In this document: in pieces, positions 16,566 through 27,020 of the stretch | Numbering within the stretch: the stretch's first letter is position 1 | Layout of the letters: each line of letters begins with the position of its first letter | Source of the DNA: Nanobdellota archaeon | Lineage (GTDB): Archaea; Nanobdellota; Nanobdellia; Pacearchaeales; GW2011-AR1 | DNA: 63,048 nucleotides | Direction of reading: 5' to 3' | Assembly: GCA_018817405.1 (NCBI GenBank) | Contig: JAHITZ010000042.1 | Coordinates: 1-63,048 of the forward strand | Made by a program: the position numbers and the translations under genes | The notes under the pieces: generated by a model | Told to the model about the DNA's origin: nothing | The model's input: the letters and a program-made list of their open reading frames with translations, nothing else | Databases searched by the model: none

Positions 16566-18521
16566 ATGAAAAACAAAAATAAATTTTTCAGTTTGATTGT
16601 ACTTTCAATTCTTGCATTAGTCATAAGTGGTGGTTTTGTTAGTGCTACAGATTGTTTGACATTGGCAGAAGTTACTGTTCCTGAAGATGTGGATCACGAC
16701 CAAGGATTTTTTGAGGTTGAATTCAGATTAAGTTATACTGGAAGCTGTACTCTTCCAAGAACAGGAATTGAGTGGGTTTTCTTTTCAAATATTGATGAGA
16801 TGACTTGGACTGCTCCAACACAAAGTGGACTAGGGTTTGGAGAATCAAAATTACTTAAGGTTCCGTTTACTTTCCCAGCACATCATTCAGGGGATATATC
16901 AATTAGTGTTATGGTTACTAGTGCAGAAGGTGATGCAGACACTCTTGCTTTAACACCCATTGAAATAAATAACGCACCTTCTATTAAAATAACAGAAACA
17001 CAAGTTATCACACAAACTCAAGATGGAGTAATTGAAGTGGAAAACGATGGAAATATTAACTGGGCTGATGTTGAATTGAGTTCTTCTACAGAAGATTTTG
17101 AGGTTGAGTTTTCTGATGATGAATTTAATTTGCCTGCTGGAGAAAAGAAGACAATTACTGTTTCTCCGGTTGACCTTGGTACAGTTGGATTTGGCGGCGA
17201 GTACGTGGTGATAACAGCTACTTCCAACGATGGAACAACTGACAGTATTACAATGAATATTGAAGGTTCATTTTGCGAAGTTGGGGAAATTGGCGGCAGA
17301 TTAGAAATCACAAATATTGAGATTAATAATAAAGACGGGGATGATAATGAATGGTTTCTTCTGGATGTTATTAAAATAGATGTTGAGGTTGAAAATACTG
17401 CAAACGATGATGTGGATGATGTGATGATTGAATTAGGATTTTTTGATAGTGAGGGAGTAAATCAAGTTAATGATTTTGAATTTGACAACGCAGATGAAGA
17501 AGAATTTGATGTAGGAAAAATTAGGGACGGAAAGGAAGAAACAGTAACTTTCAACTTTAGGGTTCCTGCAGATTTTGAAGAGGGTGATTACAAGTTAACA
17601 ATTAAAGCATATAGCAAGGATTTGGGAGAAGATGTCGAGTGTGTGGATACTTCAAGAGACCATGACGGCGTTGGAGACCTTTTCACAAACATTGATATTC
17701 AAAGAGAAGATGATGAAGGAAAATTTATTGCTTTCGATAACATTGAGTTTACTCCTGTAGAAGGAACTTGTGGTGACAGAATAACAATAACACTTGATGT
17801 TTTTAATGTTGGTGATGAAGACCTTGAAGATAGGATAAAAGTTAAATTGAAAAACACTGAATTGGGTATAGATGAATTCTTTGAGATAATAAGCAACCTT
17901 GACCAAGGAGATAAAGAAACTGCAAGTTTTGATTTTGTAATCCCGCAAAATGCAAGGGATGACTCTTATACTTTAAGATTGTCTTCTGAATATGATTATA
18001 ATCGGGGAAATTACAGACAAGGTTCAGATGTGGATGAGGTTGTTTCATTTAGAGTTATTGGGTGTGGTTCACCAGTTGGAGAAAAAGTTGCTGATATAAG
18101 TGCTGTTCTTGATTCAGATGAGCCAATGGCTAGAGAAGAGTTGATAGTGAGGGCGACAATAACTAATCTTAAATCAGACAGAGCAAGTTTTGCTATTGAT
18201 GCATTTGGTTATCAGTCTTGGGCTTCGTTAGATGAATTGTCTCCTAGAATAGTTGATCTTGCAGCTGGAGCTAGTGAAGATGTTGTATTAACTTTCACAT
18301 TGGATGAAGATGCATGTGGAGAAGAATCATTTGATGTTGAAGTGCGTGATAGTTCTGGAATGATAGAAACAAGAGAAATTGGTGTGAATATTGGATGCAC
18401 TTCTCAACCAAGCGTTGGATTTGACTTGGGGGACAACAGTTTCTTGTGGATAGTTGGTATAATCAATGTTGTCTTGGTTGTCTTGATTATAGTTGTTGCT
18501 GTTAGAGTTGCTAGGAGATAA
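16566..18521 (+). CDS. Putative S-layer/cell-surface protein with Ig-like (CARDB-like) domains
   Basis: Signal peptide, acidic beta-rich repeats (IDVEVEN, LDVFNVG, GDYKLTIKAY), C-terminal TM plus basic tail. Confidence 0.85.
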   Translation: MKNKNKFFSLIVLSILALVISGGFVSATDCLTLAEVTVPEDVDHDQGFFEVEFRLSYTGSCTLPRTGIEWVFFSNIDEMTWTAPTQSGLGFGESKLLKVPFTFPAHHSGDISISVMVTSAEGDADTLALTPIEINNAPSIKITETQVITQTQDGVIEVENDGNINWADVELSSSTEDFEVEFSDDEFNLPAGEKKTITVSPVDLGTVGFGGEYVVITATSNDGTTDSITMNIEGSFCEVGEIGGRLEITNIEINNKDGDDNEWFLLDVIKIDVEVENTANDDVDDVMIELGFFDSEGVNQVNDFEFDNADEEEFDVGKIRDGKEETVTFNFRVPADFEEGDYKLTIKAYSKDLGEDVECVDTSRDHDGVGDLFTNIDIQREDDEGKFIAFDNIEFTPVEGTCGDRITITLDVFNVGDEDLEDRIKVKLKNTELGIDEFFEIISNLDQGDKETASFDFVIPQNARDDSYTLRLSSEYDYNRGNYRQGSDVDEVVSFRVIGCGSPVGEKVADISAVLDSDEPMAREELIVRATITNLKSDRASFAIDAFGYQSWASLDELSPRIVDLAAGASEDVVLTFTLDEDACGEESFDVEVRDSSGMIETREIGVNIGCTSQPSVGFDLGDNSFLWIVGIINVVLVVLIIVVAVRVARR

Positions 18522-18560
18522 ATTTCTATAAGGGGAAAGTTTTTAAAAAGCAGATTTTAT

Positions 18561-19081
18561 ATGGATTTAAAAGAGGAAGACTGAAAAAAATAGAAAAATG
18601 GCAAATTACATTGAAATGGCCCGTCGGAATTCAGAAGAAGTAAGAGGGAGACAAGGATTAGTAAGAAAGGTAAACTCTCTTTTAAGAGAGTCATTTGGTT
18701 GGGGTTGGAGGGCAGATTATGATCTTGAACTAGTATATGGCGGACGGGCCTGTGGTGAAGAAAGTTAATAGACTCGGTATGACTACAAAACTACTACTTG
18801 GGTTTTTCCCAATTCGTTGCGCTGGGGGACTAGGTATTTCAACGGAAGATGATGGTTCTGTTATGCTTGTCTTTCCCAAGTATATTGAGAAAGCAAAGAG
18901 ATATGCGAAGTTATATGAGCAGATGTTCGGAAGAGGAGTTACTATCTCTCTTTTTGAGGAAAGAAGGGGTCCGGGTCCAATGCAGGAGTTCTATTTCCAT
19001 TCTCTTAGAAGTAGAGAAGACTGTAGGGGCAAGGTAGTAAGATACGTCTGTAATGAGAAAGGTTTTGAGGTTGTTGAGTAA
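18561..19081 (+). pseudogene. Orphan gene with frameshifts
   Basis: MDLKEED (18561) / LKKIEKMANYIEMARR...LVYG / DGPVVKKVNRLG... (18737..19081) read as a single gene broken at about 18581 and 18742. Confidence 0.45.
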
Positions 19082-19192
19082 GGAAGGGGAAGGTACCGGT
19101 TGGGAGAAATAGGCGAGGCAAAGATTTGTCTGAGGAGTGGTTCTAATAAAAAAGAAGGATAATCTTTTAAACTTGTCTTCCTTGATGAACAA

Positions 19193-19738
19193 ATGAAAGA
19201 CAGAGAAGCATATGTTTTATTTGGAAGGTACTTCATACTCCTCTTGCTCGGTTTGTTTAATTTGAAATTATTTTATCTTGTGTTTAATTCCCTTACTGTT
19301 CAGCCGGTATTTTGGGTTTTGTCGCTGATTCATGATAATGCGACTCTTTTGGAAGGAAATGTTATCTTTTTTGGAGGTGTTTATGCACAAATAATCTCTG
19401 CTTGTATTGCTGGTGCAGCATATTACCTTTTATTGATACTGAACCTTTCGACGCCAATGAGCATTAAAAAAAGGATAAAAAGCATAGGTTTTATCTTGTT
19501 TACTTTTCTTATTCTTAACATAGCAAGAATACTGATTTTCGCCGTCATTGCTACGTCGTCTGGGCAGGAATATTTTGACCTTGCGCATAGATTAACATGG
19601 TATTTTGGCAGCACATTCATGGTTGTTGCGATTTGGTTTTTTAATGTTTGGCTGTTTAAAATAAAAGACATTCCAGTCTATACAGATATTAAAAATCTTT
19701 ATGGGGAAATTGTTTCTGGAAGAAGGATAAAGAGGTGA
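19193..19738 (+). CDS. Archaeosortase/exosortase family protein (pacearchaeosortase-like)
   Basis: Short multi-TM protein with a Cys-Arg-His triad: IISACIAG, LNIARI, DLAH. Confidence 0.85.
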   Translation: MKDREAYVLFGRYFILLLLGLFNLKLFYLVFNSLTVQPVFWVLSLIHDNATLLEGNVIFFGGVYAQIISACIAGAAYYLLLILNLSTPMSIKKRIKSIGFILFTFLILNIARILIFAVIATSSGQEYFDLAHRLTWYFGSTFMVVAIWFFNVWLFKIKDIPVYTDIKNLYGEIVSGRRIKR

Positions 19739-19741
19739 TAA

Positions 19742-20362
19742 ATGTTCGTTGAATTTTATCAGGCCGGTGTTGAACTTCTCCTCGACTTTTCTTCTTCGCT
19801 GGGTTATGTTGGGGTTCTTTTGCTGATGGCTTTGGAAAGTTCTTTTATACCTTTTCCGAGCGAAATTGTGTTAATCCCTGCGGGGGTTTTGGTTCAGCGA
19901 GGGGAAATGTCTTTTTACTTGATTTTTATTTTTGCAGTGATTGGCAGTTTGGCAGGAGCTTTAGTAAATTATTTTCTTGCTTTGCACCTTGGCAGGAGGG
20001 CTGCAAACAAATTTATTTTCAAGTATGGAAAAATATTTTTTATTAACGAGAAAAGTATTTTGAAAGCAGAAAAGTATTTTGAAAAGCATGGGGAGATAAC
20101 GACGTTTATCGGAAGATTAATTCCAGGGATAAGACAGTTAATCTCTCTTCCTGCTGGTTTTTCCAAAATGAATTTGTTTAAATTTTCATTTTATACTGTG
20201 CTCGGAGCTGGAATCTGGTCTTTTATCTTGATTTATTTAGGTTATTTCTTTGGCAACAACATGGAAGTTGTAAAAGAAAACCTAAGCGTTATCACTGCGA
20301 TTGTAGTGGGTGTTTCGTTGTTAATTGTTTTGGTTTATATTTGGAGAAGAAAGGGAACATAA
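19742..20362 (+). CDS. dedA: DedA family membrane protein
   Basis: [18 protein letters not shown] and [16 protein letters not shown] motifs. Confidence 0.95.
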   Translation: MFVEFYQAGVELLLDFSSSLGYVGVLLLMALESSFIPFPSEIVLIPAGVLVQRGEMSFYLIFIFAVIGSLAGALVNYFLALHLGRRAANKFIFKYGKIFFINEKSILKAEKYFEKHGEITTFIGRLIPGIRQLISLPAGFSKMNLFKFSFYTVLGAGIWSFILIYLGYFFGNNMEVVKENLSVITAIVVGVSLLIVLVYIWRRKGT

Positions 20363-20495
20363 TTGGATTTAACATTAGGATTTTACGAAGTTTTGCGATT
20401 GAAGAGAGAAGAGCGCGACGTCCTATTGAGTTGAAAAAGGGCAAATTATACTGGGATGAAGTCCAATTAATACAAAGAATTGAAGGCAGAATTAA

Positions 20496-20900
20496 TTATC
20501 CAAGTCCACTTTGTCTTGGACGTGTACGCAATATCAATTGCATCATTTCCTCAGATATCTCAAATAGTGACTCAAGAGATGCTGATGTTTCACCATTCTC
20601 AACCTCTGATACCGGATTAGGTGTTGCTAGAGGTCGGGGGATTTGATACTGAATACCATTATTATAAATAATTGCATATTGATTATCTCCTTTTTCTGAT
20701 TGATGAACCACCTTTGTTGGATCAAGCATCACTAGAATATCTGTTTCAGGGTGTAAATTAGTTGTTGAATTATTGGAATACATTCTTCCAGATGGATCAA
20801 TACATATCAATGGATTATTTGGACGAACAGAATCGGCAGTAGCTTGTTCACATCCATTTCTTTCAACATACCTTTTTCTCTCAATTACTCCTAAAGCCAT
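20496..20900 (-). CDS. Hypothetical protein
   Basis: 134-aa ATG ORF with an AT-rich TATA-like box upstream; no recognised motif. Confidence 0.55.
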   Translation of the reverse strand: MALGVIERKRYVERNGCEQATADSVRPNNPLICIDPSGRMYSNNSTTNLHPETDILVMLDPTKVVHQSEKGDNQYAIIYNNGIQYQIPRPLATPNPVSEVENGETSASLESLFEISEEMMQLILRTRPRQSGLG

Positions 20901-21145
20901 AATATGTAGTAACTATTTAGTAGAATATATACTTTTCGGTTGAAATTCTGCTCCTTCTAATTTTTAGGTCTTTCTTTCGATTTTGTCTAACATTAAATTA
21001 TTGATAATACCCAAATATGGATTTTTTCAATATTATTACTATACCCAAGAAATAATAGATGTTTGTTGTATTCCTAGCTCTTAAATCAATTCCTAAAGAT
21101 TATATTCAAACATAAGGGGTTTTTGTTATTAGTTTGCATTCAGAA

Positions 21146-21847
21146 TCATCCTTCCTTGGCATCTAAAACTGATTGAACTATGAACTTTTCTACAGCTGGC
21201 AAGATTTCGCAATTTGCAACATTTGTTATATAGCAGTTACCCTCTCTTGTTATTGAAGTTTTCTCTCCCTGCTGAAAAAGAAGAACCATTCTGTCGGGTT
21301 TGTTTTCGCATGTGATATAATCCAGACCATTGGCTTCTGCATCTGCCTCGTCGACAGAAGCTCCTTTTACCTTAAAACCATTTTGGTTTAAGAACGCTCC
21401 CAAACTAGCCATTGCAACATTACTGTATTCACATAACAATCCAGTTGAATTTAGGGTTGCGTATATGAATTCTCCTTTTTTGAGATACTCTATTTCTCCA
21501 TCAACAGGAATGTTGTTTTTTCTTGGGTCGTTTCTGAGTAAAACTGTTACTGTGCTGGTGCCTTTAGAGCCTATAACACTCCCTGTTGTTGGAGTTGTGG
21601 TTCTATCGGTGGAATAAAAATATTTAAACAATGGAATCTCCCCAAACCTTTCTTTAGTGAATTTTAATCCTTGATACTCGAAACTTTTTGTGCTTTTAAA
21701 TATTGCAGAAGATGCGAAGAAAATTAGGATTAGACCCAACATAACACCTAACACCCAGTATAATTCCTTGTCTGCCTTGGATGATTTCTTGGCTGGTTTT
21801 TTTTCTGCTTCTTTTTTACTTTTTTTCTTGACAATCTCTTTTTTCAT
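21146..21847 (-). CDS. Hypothetical membrane-anchored protein
   Basis: Basic N-terminus, single TM, FEYQGLKF, LRNDPR, paired Cys. Confidence 0.85.
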   Translation of the reverse strand: MKKEIVKKKSKKEAEKKPAKKSSKADKELYWVLGVMLGLILIFFASSAIFKSTKSFEYQGLKFTKERFGEIPLFKYFYSTDRTTTPTTGSVIGSKGTSTVTVLLRNDPRKNNIPVDGEIEYLKKGEFIYATLNSTGLLCEYSNVAMASLGAFLNQNGFKVKGASVDEADAEANGLDYITCENKPDRMVLLFQQGEKTSITREGNCYITNVANCEILPAVEKFIVQSVLDAKEG

Positions 21848-21977
21848 TGTGATTTGTAGTAATTACGTTTTAAAAGGTTTGTTGTTGTGTCGGGCTAACT
21901 TCAAAATAGATTCAGTATTTAACCTCGATAAATATACAAGACTGATTAGTGGGATGGGCAGGTGAAGGGTTTACTTA

Positions 21978-22529
21978 TTATACCATTTCAAGGATTCTGT
22001 AGAGAAAAGCGTCTACTGCCCTCATATCTCCTTCAATAAATATGCAGTTTTCTTTTTGGTAAACTCTGTTTTCTGGGCTATCTTGCCAGATTATCAGGTT
22101 TTCTGTGCAATTTTTTTCAGGAAGGTCTTTATCGCAAGGACCGTAACAAGCTTCTTGGATTCTTGATGCGAATCTTCCAAATGTTGTAGCAATCTCAGAA
22201 TTTACTGCTGTGCTATCTGAAACAAGGTACAAGGAAATGCCTTGATAATTTATTAAAGAAAAAGAAATATCTACAGAGATATTTTCTATAGATTCTGGAG
22301 AATTGATAAAGTAAAAATCTTCGCCGTTGAGCGTTGCAACCCATCGGTTCCCGTTATATATCACATCTCCTTCATTATGGCCTTTGTTTGTGTTTGGGCC
22401 ACCTGGATTGGACAAAAAGCCGTATCCTACTGTCCCAATAACAAGAACCAAAAGCATGAAAAGGCTGAGAAAAAAAATATTTGTTTTTTTCTTTTTTTCC
22501 AAGTCTTTTTTTGAACTGATTCGTCTCAT
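21978..22529 (-). CDS. Hypothetical membrane-anchored protein
   Basis: Single TM; IQEAC...LPEKNC...CIFIEG...AVDAFLY; C-terminus resembles that of the neighbouring gene. Confidence 0.85.
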   Translation of the reverse strand: MRRISSKKDLEKKKKTNIFFLSLFMLLVLVIGTVGYGFLSNPGGPNTNKGHNEGDVIYNGNRWVATLNGEDFYFINSPESIENISVDISFSLINYQGISLYLVSDSTAVNSEIATTFGRFASRIQEACYGPCDKDLPEKNCTENLIIWQDSPENRVYQKENCIFIEGDMRAVDAFLYRILEMV

Positions 22530-22709
22530 GAAAGAGTAAGGAATTCTTTATTTTAAAAGATTTGCTATATTTTCATTATCTCTGATGAAGCAAGGAATTT
22601 TAACAGAAAGTTGTACTCATTAAATTCTTCACTTCATGGTTATGACCAGTTTACAAAGAAAAAAGAAAGAAAAATAAAAAGAAAGGAAAAAATCCTTTCA
22701 AGCTTGTTC

Positions 22710-25202
22710 TTAGGCTAGTACAGATGTGATGTCTTCTGCAGTGCTTCCAGTGTATTTCATACCTACTGTAGTGTCAACTGTTTGTGTTGTCAATGCTGTA
22801 GCTGCAGTTGCAGTATCTTGTATAGCATATCCTGCTACAATTGTAGCTACCTTGTCTCCTGTCCTGGCAAAAGTTTGGACAAGATATTGTCCTACACCAA
22901 CACCTGTTGCTGTTGTCCATGTATCTCCACACATTGGTGTTGAGCTTCCTAGCAATTGGGCTGCAACTGTGTTAACACAACTACCTCCAATAACAACTAT
23001 GCTTTTACCAGCATATGAAGTTGCTTCAGCATCTGTGACTGGAACTCCGATTGTGTTTGTTCCACTACTGCCTGAAGTTGTTCCACTTTCTGTCAAGTAT
23101 ACTTCTGCATAAGATTCAGAATCTCCGGTTGGGTAGTAAACTTCTACATAATCTTCATCTGGTTTTGTATAGTGCAAGATTCTTGCTCCAACATCAGATT
23201 TCATGTATGCTTCGTAAACGCTTGTAGAATCACCTTGTTCTAATCCGCCCCAGGTTTCACTTGTAGCAGAACCACCTGTTCCTGCACCATTTACCTGGCT
23301 AACTTGCAATGGATTGTTAGTTGAAGTGGTGTCATCAATTGTCATGTTAAAGTCTACTCCTGAAGCAATATTGTCTTGGTAATCTTCCTCTTGCATATGA
23401 AGGAACCATGTATTAACATCATTTCCAGTATCTCCAACCCATTTGCCTGCTTGTGATGAAAGGTTAATACTACCTTTGAAGTCTTGATTATCTACTCCTT
23501 GTGTAACATTAACAGGCAACCATATCTTCAAACCGCCCACAGTATAAATTGTGTGGAAATTAGTATTTCCAGTTGCAGTTATCAAAATAGATTTATCTGC
23601 AGTACTGTGGTTTATATTTGTTAATGTAAAAGATACCAACCCAATGTTACAAGTACTTCCTTGTGTTTTATCCTTGCATACTTCTACCCATGATCCACCT
23701 GTGTCCTTTTCAATTGTAGCTTCAGCTCTGGAACTTGCATCTGTGTTGTTTCTTACTGTTGCTCTTAATAGATAAGACTCTGCTTGTGCAGAAATATTGT
23801 ATGTTGCTACAAACCATTTATCCATGTCAGCACTTCCGTGCTTTTGATAAAAAGTAAGTGTGCTAGTATCAGAAGTTGCTAATCTTTCATCAGCTGCTTT
23901 TCCAATAGCTGTAAAGTTTCCTGTTGTTGCAGAGTTATATAGAAGATTAAAGCTAACTGTCCCGTCTTTGATAGGCAAAGTTATTTCCATGCTGTTATCT
24001 CCGTCTTTTTCAAGAAGGATTTTTTCTTCCTCTGACCTGACAAAGTCGTTCATAGTAAACTTAAGTGTTTCAAATCCAGGCAAAACAAGATCTGATTCTG
24101 GACTAAGGAACACTTCGTCATCAGTTATCCATTCTACAACAATTTTGTCAATTTTTTCACTACCTCCTGAGCCAGTTCCTTTGTGTACATAACCTTTCAC
24201 ACCAGTTACTGTAGCATCGTTTAGCTTTATTTCTGAGCCAGAAGTTATTTCTAACTTTCCAGAACCAATGCTAAATTCTACATTTCCAACTACTCCTGTG
24301 ACATCTCTTTGGAAAATGTTTTTAACACCAAGATATGACCCATCAGAAAGCTTAAAGCTTTCACCTTCAGCAAGTTCATCTGTTGTTTCACCATTAATGG
24401 TTAATCTTGCTTGAGTGGTTGTAAGGCTAATAATATTTACTTCATAAGATGTGCCACTTACAACAATTGTTTCAGTTTCTCCTTCATTTACAATTCCTGC
24501 GTTTGCTGAATCAAGTAAGGTAAGTTTTCCGTGATATATTGCATTTGCTCCTGTTGAGCTGGAGTTATCAAAGTCTGAAATATAATAATCCTTACCCATT
24601 AGGTGCAAGTCACTTCCTTCAAAATCTTCAAGCTCACTTGAAGCAACATCTGATTCTGCATCTGATGTAAAGTCAAGTGTGTAGTTCACAACCCATGTAT
24701 CTGAACTAAGTTTGAAACCAAGAGTTGGTGTTCTTTCGTCCAAACCCACTTCACTTTCATAGTCAGAATCTCTAAAATGCTCAAATGTTGGAGAGCCAAC
24801 TGTTATTGATTGCTCGTAGGCAAAATCGTCATTGTCATCTGCTGTGTAGGTTCCGTCTGCAAGAAGAGTTGATAAATCCTCATTATCAATTGAACCTGTG
24901 AAAACTCCCCAGTTATTGTTTAAGTTAAGATTGTCACTTGATTTCGCAAGCAAGACATAATCTCCTCCTTCTGGGACGCCTGTTGTTGTATCTGCTACGA
25001 CAAAACCGTTTAAGCTTTCTTGAACAGTTAATGTTGCTGCAAGGTCATTTGTTGCTGCTGGATGGCTACCGTAAACAATTGCAACATCTGCCACTCCTCC
25101 TGTTACGAAAGGATCTGGATATGTTGTTGCTGCGGCCAATCCAACTGTAGAAAGTAACATTGCGCTACTTGCCAATGCACTTGCAATTTTTTTAAATATC
25201 AA
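22710..25202 (-). CDS. Major S-layer protein (archaeal S_layer_N/C type)
   Basis: Signal peptide, YPDPFV...VAIVYG N-domain, VVIGGSCVNTVA and VAGY...T C-domain, many N-x-S/T sequons; TTG start with GGAGG RBS. Confidence 0.9.
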   Translation of the reverse strand: MIFKKIASALASSAMLLSTVGLAAATTYPDPFVTGGVADVAIVYGSHPAATNDLAATLTVQESLNGFVVADTTTGVPEGGDYVLLAKSSDNLNLNNNWGVFTGSIDNEDLSTLLADGTYTADDNDDFAYEQSITVGSPTFEHFRDSDYESEVGLDERTPTLGFKLSSDTWVVNYTLDFTSDAESDVASSELEDFEGSDLHLMGKDYYISDFDNSSSTGANAIYHGKLTLLDSANAGIVNEGETETIVVSGTSYEVNIISLTTTQARLTINGETTDELAEGESFKLSDGSYLGVKNIFQRDVTGVVGNVEFSIGSGKLEITSGSEIKLNDATVTGVKGYVHKGTGSGGSEKIDKIVVEWITDDEVFLSPESDLVLPGFETLKFTMNDFVRSEEEKILLEKDGDNSMEITLPIKDGTVSFNLLYNSATTGNFTAIGKAADERLATSDTSTLTFYQKHGSADMDKWFVATYNISAQAESYLLRATVRNNTDASSRAEATIEKDTGGSWVEVCKDKTQGSTCNIGLVSFTLTNINHSTADKSILITATGNTNFHTIYTVGGLKIWLPVNVTQGVDNQDFKGSINLSSQAGKWVGDTGNDVNTWFLHMQEEDYQDNIASGVDFNMTIDDTTSTNNPLQVSQVNGAGTGGSATSETWGGLEQGDSTSVYEAYMKSDVGARILHYTKPDEDYVEVYYPTGDSESYAEVYLTESGTTSGSSGTNTIGVPVTDAEATSYAGKSIVVIGGSCVNTVAAQLLGSSTPMCGDTWTTATGVGVGQYLVQTFARTGDKVATIVAGYAIQDTATAATALTTQTVDTTVGMKYTGSTAEDITSVLA

Positions 25203-25235
25203 TTTTTTTTAAACCTCCTTTCATATCTTTTTATT

Positions 25236-25305
25236 GGCAGCCCCGCGAGGCACCCTCTTTGAGGAGACTGCATTTTAATTTGCAATCCGCCAAGACGCCG
25301 TTTGA
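25236..25305 (-). promoter_or_regulatory. Structured 5' UTR of the S-layer gene
   Basis: GC-rich GCAGTC...GGCTGC closing stem with internal CCTC-AAA-GAGG and CC-TCGC-GG hairpins; TATAAATA box at ~25322-25329 on the minus strand. Confidence 0.5.
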
Positions 25306-25612
25306 TGTTAATCTCACGACGTATTTATAGCCTAATAAGGTTGTAATGTCCAACAAAATTCTCTTTAAAAAGCTTTCGTTAGTTTATTTGAAATTTATTG
25401 TTTCTCCGAAGAGAGAATGGATTTTATTTATAAATCTTTTGTTACTATTCTATGATTAAACAGCTCTTTTTGAATTGCAGAATTTTTGTATTTTAGTATG
25501 GGGGGTCTTTTTTCTAATATGTGCAAAAACGAAACATATAAATACTTAGTATATTTCCTACATATCTAGTTAAAAATACCACATATGATAATTTGGGAAA
25601 AATTGAGAGTAA

Positions 25613-25969
25613 ATGGCAGACAAATCAAAAACAAGAGAAATAACAATTATCGACGAGGGCGGGACATTTAATGCCCTTCTTAGAAGGTTTACTGGCGGTA
25701 AGGACTATGATTTTGAAGGTTTGGCTTTGTTGAGAAAGTTGTTGAGCAATGAAAAAGCTAGATTGATGCATACAATTAAGACAAAAAAACCTATCTCAAT
25801 ATATGGACTTGCGAAATTGCTAAAACGGGACTTTAAATCTGTAAATGAAGACATCAAGTTGCTAGAAAAATTTGGATTTGTAGATATGATTGCTGAAAGA
25901 ACAGGGAAAAGAGAGCGTTTGAGACCTATTCTTGCAGTGAATTCTATGAATATTAATATAAAATTGTAA
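25613..25969 (+). CDS. Winged-helix transcriptional regulator (COG4190/HVO_A0114-like)
   Basis: LLSNEKARLM...PISIYGLAKLLKRDFKSVNEDIKLLEKFGFV HTH. Confidence 0.85.
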   Translation: MADKSKTREITIIDEGGTFNALLRRFTGGKDYDFEGLALLRKLLSNEKARLMHTIKTKKPISIYGLAKLLKRDFKSVNEDIKLLEKFGFVDMIAERTGKRERLRPILAVNSMNINIKL

Positions 25970-25971
25970 TT

Positions 25972-26466
25972 TTAGAGGCATATCTCCAGCTTCATGGTGA
26001 TTCCGTCAGGCAGGGGTTTGGCTGCAGAACGATATTGCCTGCAGGATATCTCTCCTCCAAAGATGGGTTCGTTTAATACAGATACTGGTCCTGTTGTTGT
26101 TTCCCGAGTGATGTCAAGTACATAGCCTTTTGTCGGGCTGTTTTCTGCAAAAACCCAGCTTGACTTTATCACATTTTCCATTGTTTCTTTGAGAATAACA
26201 CAGGGGTCTTCTCCAGTAAGAGGGCAGTTAGCTATTCCAGTATCACACATTAAGATAACGTCGCGCAATTTACGGGGAAATGGGGTCCCGCATTCAGTAG
26301 TGATTTCAAATGCTGCTTCAAGAAATTGGGATATTTCTGCACTGCTAGTTGGTTCTGCATTTGTTGCCTGCCTTAAGTAGATTCCTAAAAAAACAAGGAA
26401 AACCACTGCTACCACTAGCATTATCAAGACAAATCCTACCATTTCTTCTTGTGCTTTCTTTTTCAT
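25972..26466 (-). CDS. Type IV pilin-like protein (class III signal peptide)
   Basis: MKKKAQ|EEMVGF followed by a hydrophobic helix. Confidence 0.8.
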   Translation of the reverse strand: MKKKAQEEMVGFVLIMLVVAVVFLVFLGIYLRQATNAEPTSSAEISQFLEAAFEITTECGTPFPRKLRDVILMCDTGIANCPLTGEDPCVILKETMENVIKSSWVFAENSPTKGYVLDITRETTTGPVSVLNEPIFGGEISCRQYRSAAKPLPDGITMKLEICL

Positions 26467-26471
26467 ATTAA

Positions 26472-27020
26472 TTAAGGGTTTTTTGCTAATGTGTGGATTT
26501 TTCCAAATTCGTACTTGTAATCGCCTGAACCTCCTGCTAAACTAGCATCCCACCTTGCCAAAGATACAAATGCTGTTTTAGTTCCTGAAAGACCTCTTCC
26601 TTCAGGCAGGTTGATAATTCTGATATTTTTGCAGTCTGGTAAGTCTGATGGAATGAGACAGGTTTTTTCAACAGGGTCAGGGTAAATTCTTTCTATCATT
26701 AAAAAATCTAAATTCCAAAGTTTTTTACCGTGGTTTGGATTTTGCGAGAGGGCAAAGGCTTTATCAAAATCAATGCATGCTGAACAATCGCTACTTGCTG
26801 TAAATGCTAATTCAGGTGTTCCTGAAAGCTGGCTTGCTAGTTCCTGGGCTTCTTCTTCTCTTAATTGTTCAGCTGTTTCTCTTAAATTTGCTGTTGAAAT
26901 AGAAAAATAAACCAAGGCGACCATTGCAAAAAAAATCATGACTGCAACTAGCATAAACGCCATTTGCTGTATTTTCATCTGTGCTTTTTTAGAACATATT
27001 ACATTGTACATTGTTTGCAA
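26472..27020 (-). CDS. Type IV pilin-like protein (class III signal peptide)
   Basis: SKKAQ|MKIQQMAF followed by a hydrophobic helix. Confidence 0.8.
   Translation of the reverse strand: MQTMYNVICSKKAQMKIQQMAFMLVAVMIFFAMVALVYFSISTANLRETAEQLREEEAQELASQLSGTPELAFTASSDCSACIDFDKAFALSQNPNHGKKLWNLDFLMIERIYPDPVEKTCLIPSDLPDCKNIRIINLPEGRGLSGTKTAFVSLARWDASLAGGSGDYKYEFGKIHTLAKNP

Noticed and set aside
20341-20646. 101-aa plus-strand ORF after dedA
   Set aside because: TTG start inside dedA and a 150-nt overlap with the better-supported minus ORF 20496..20900
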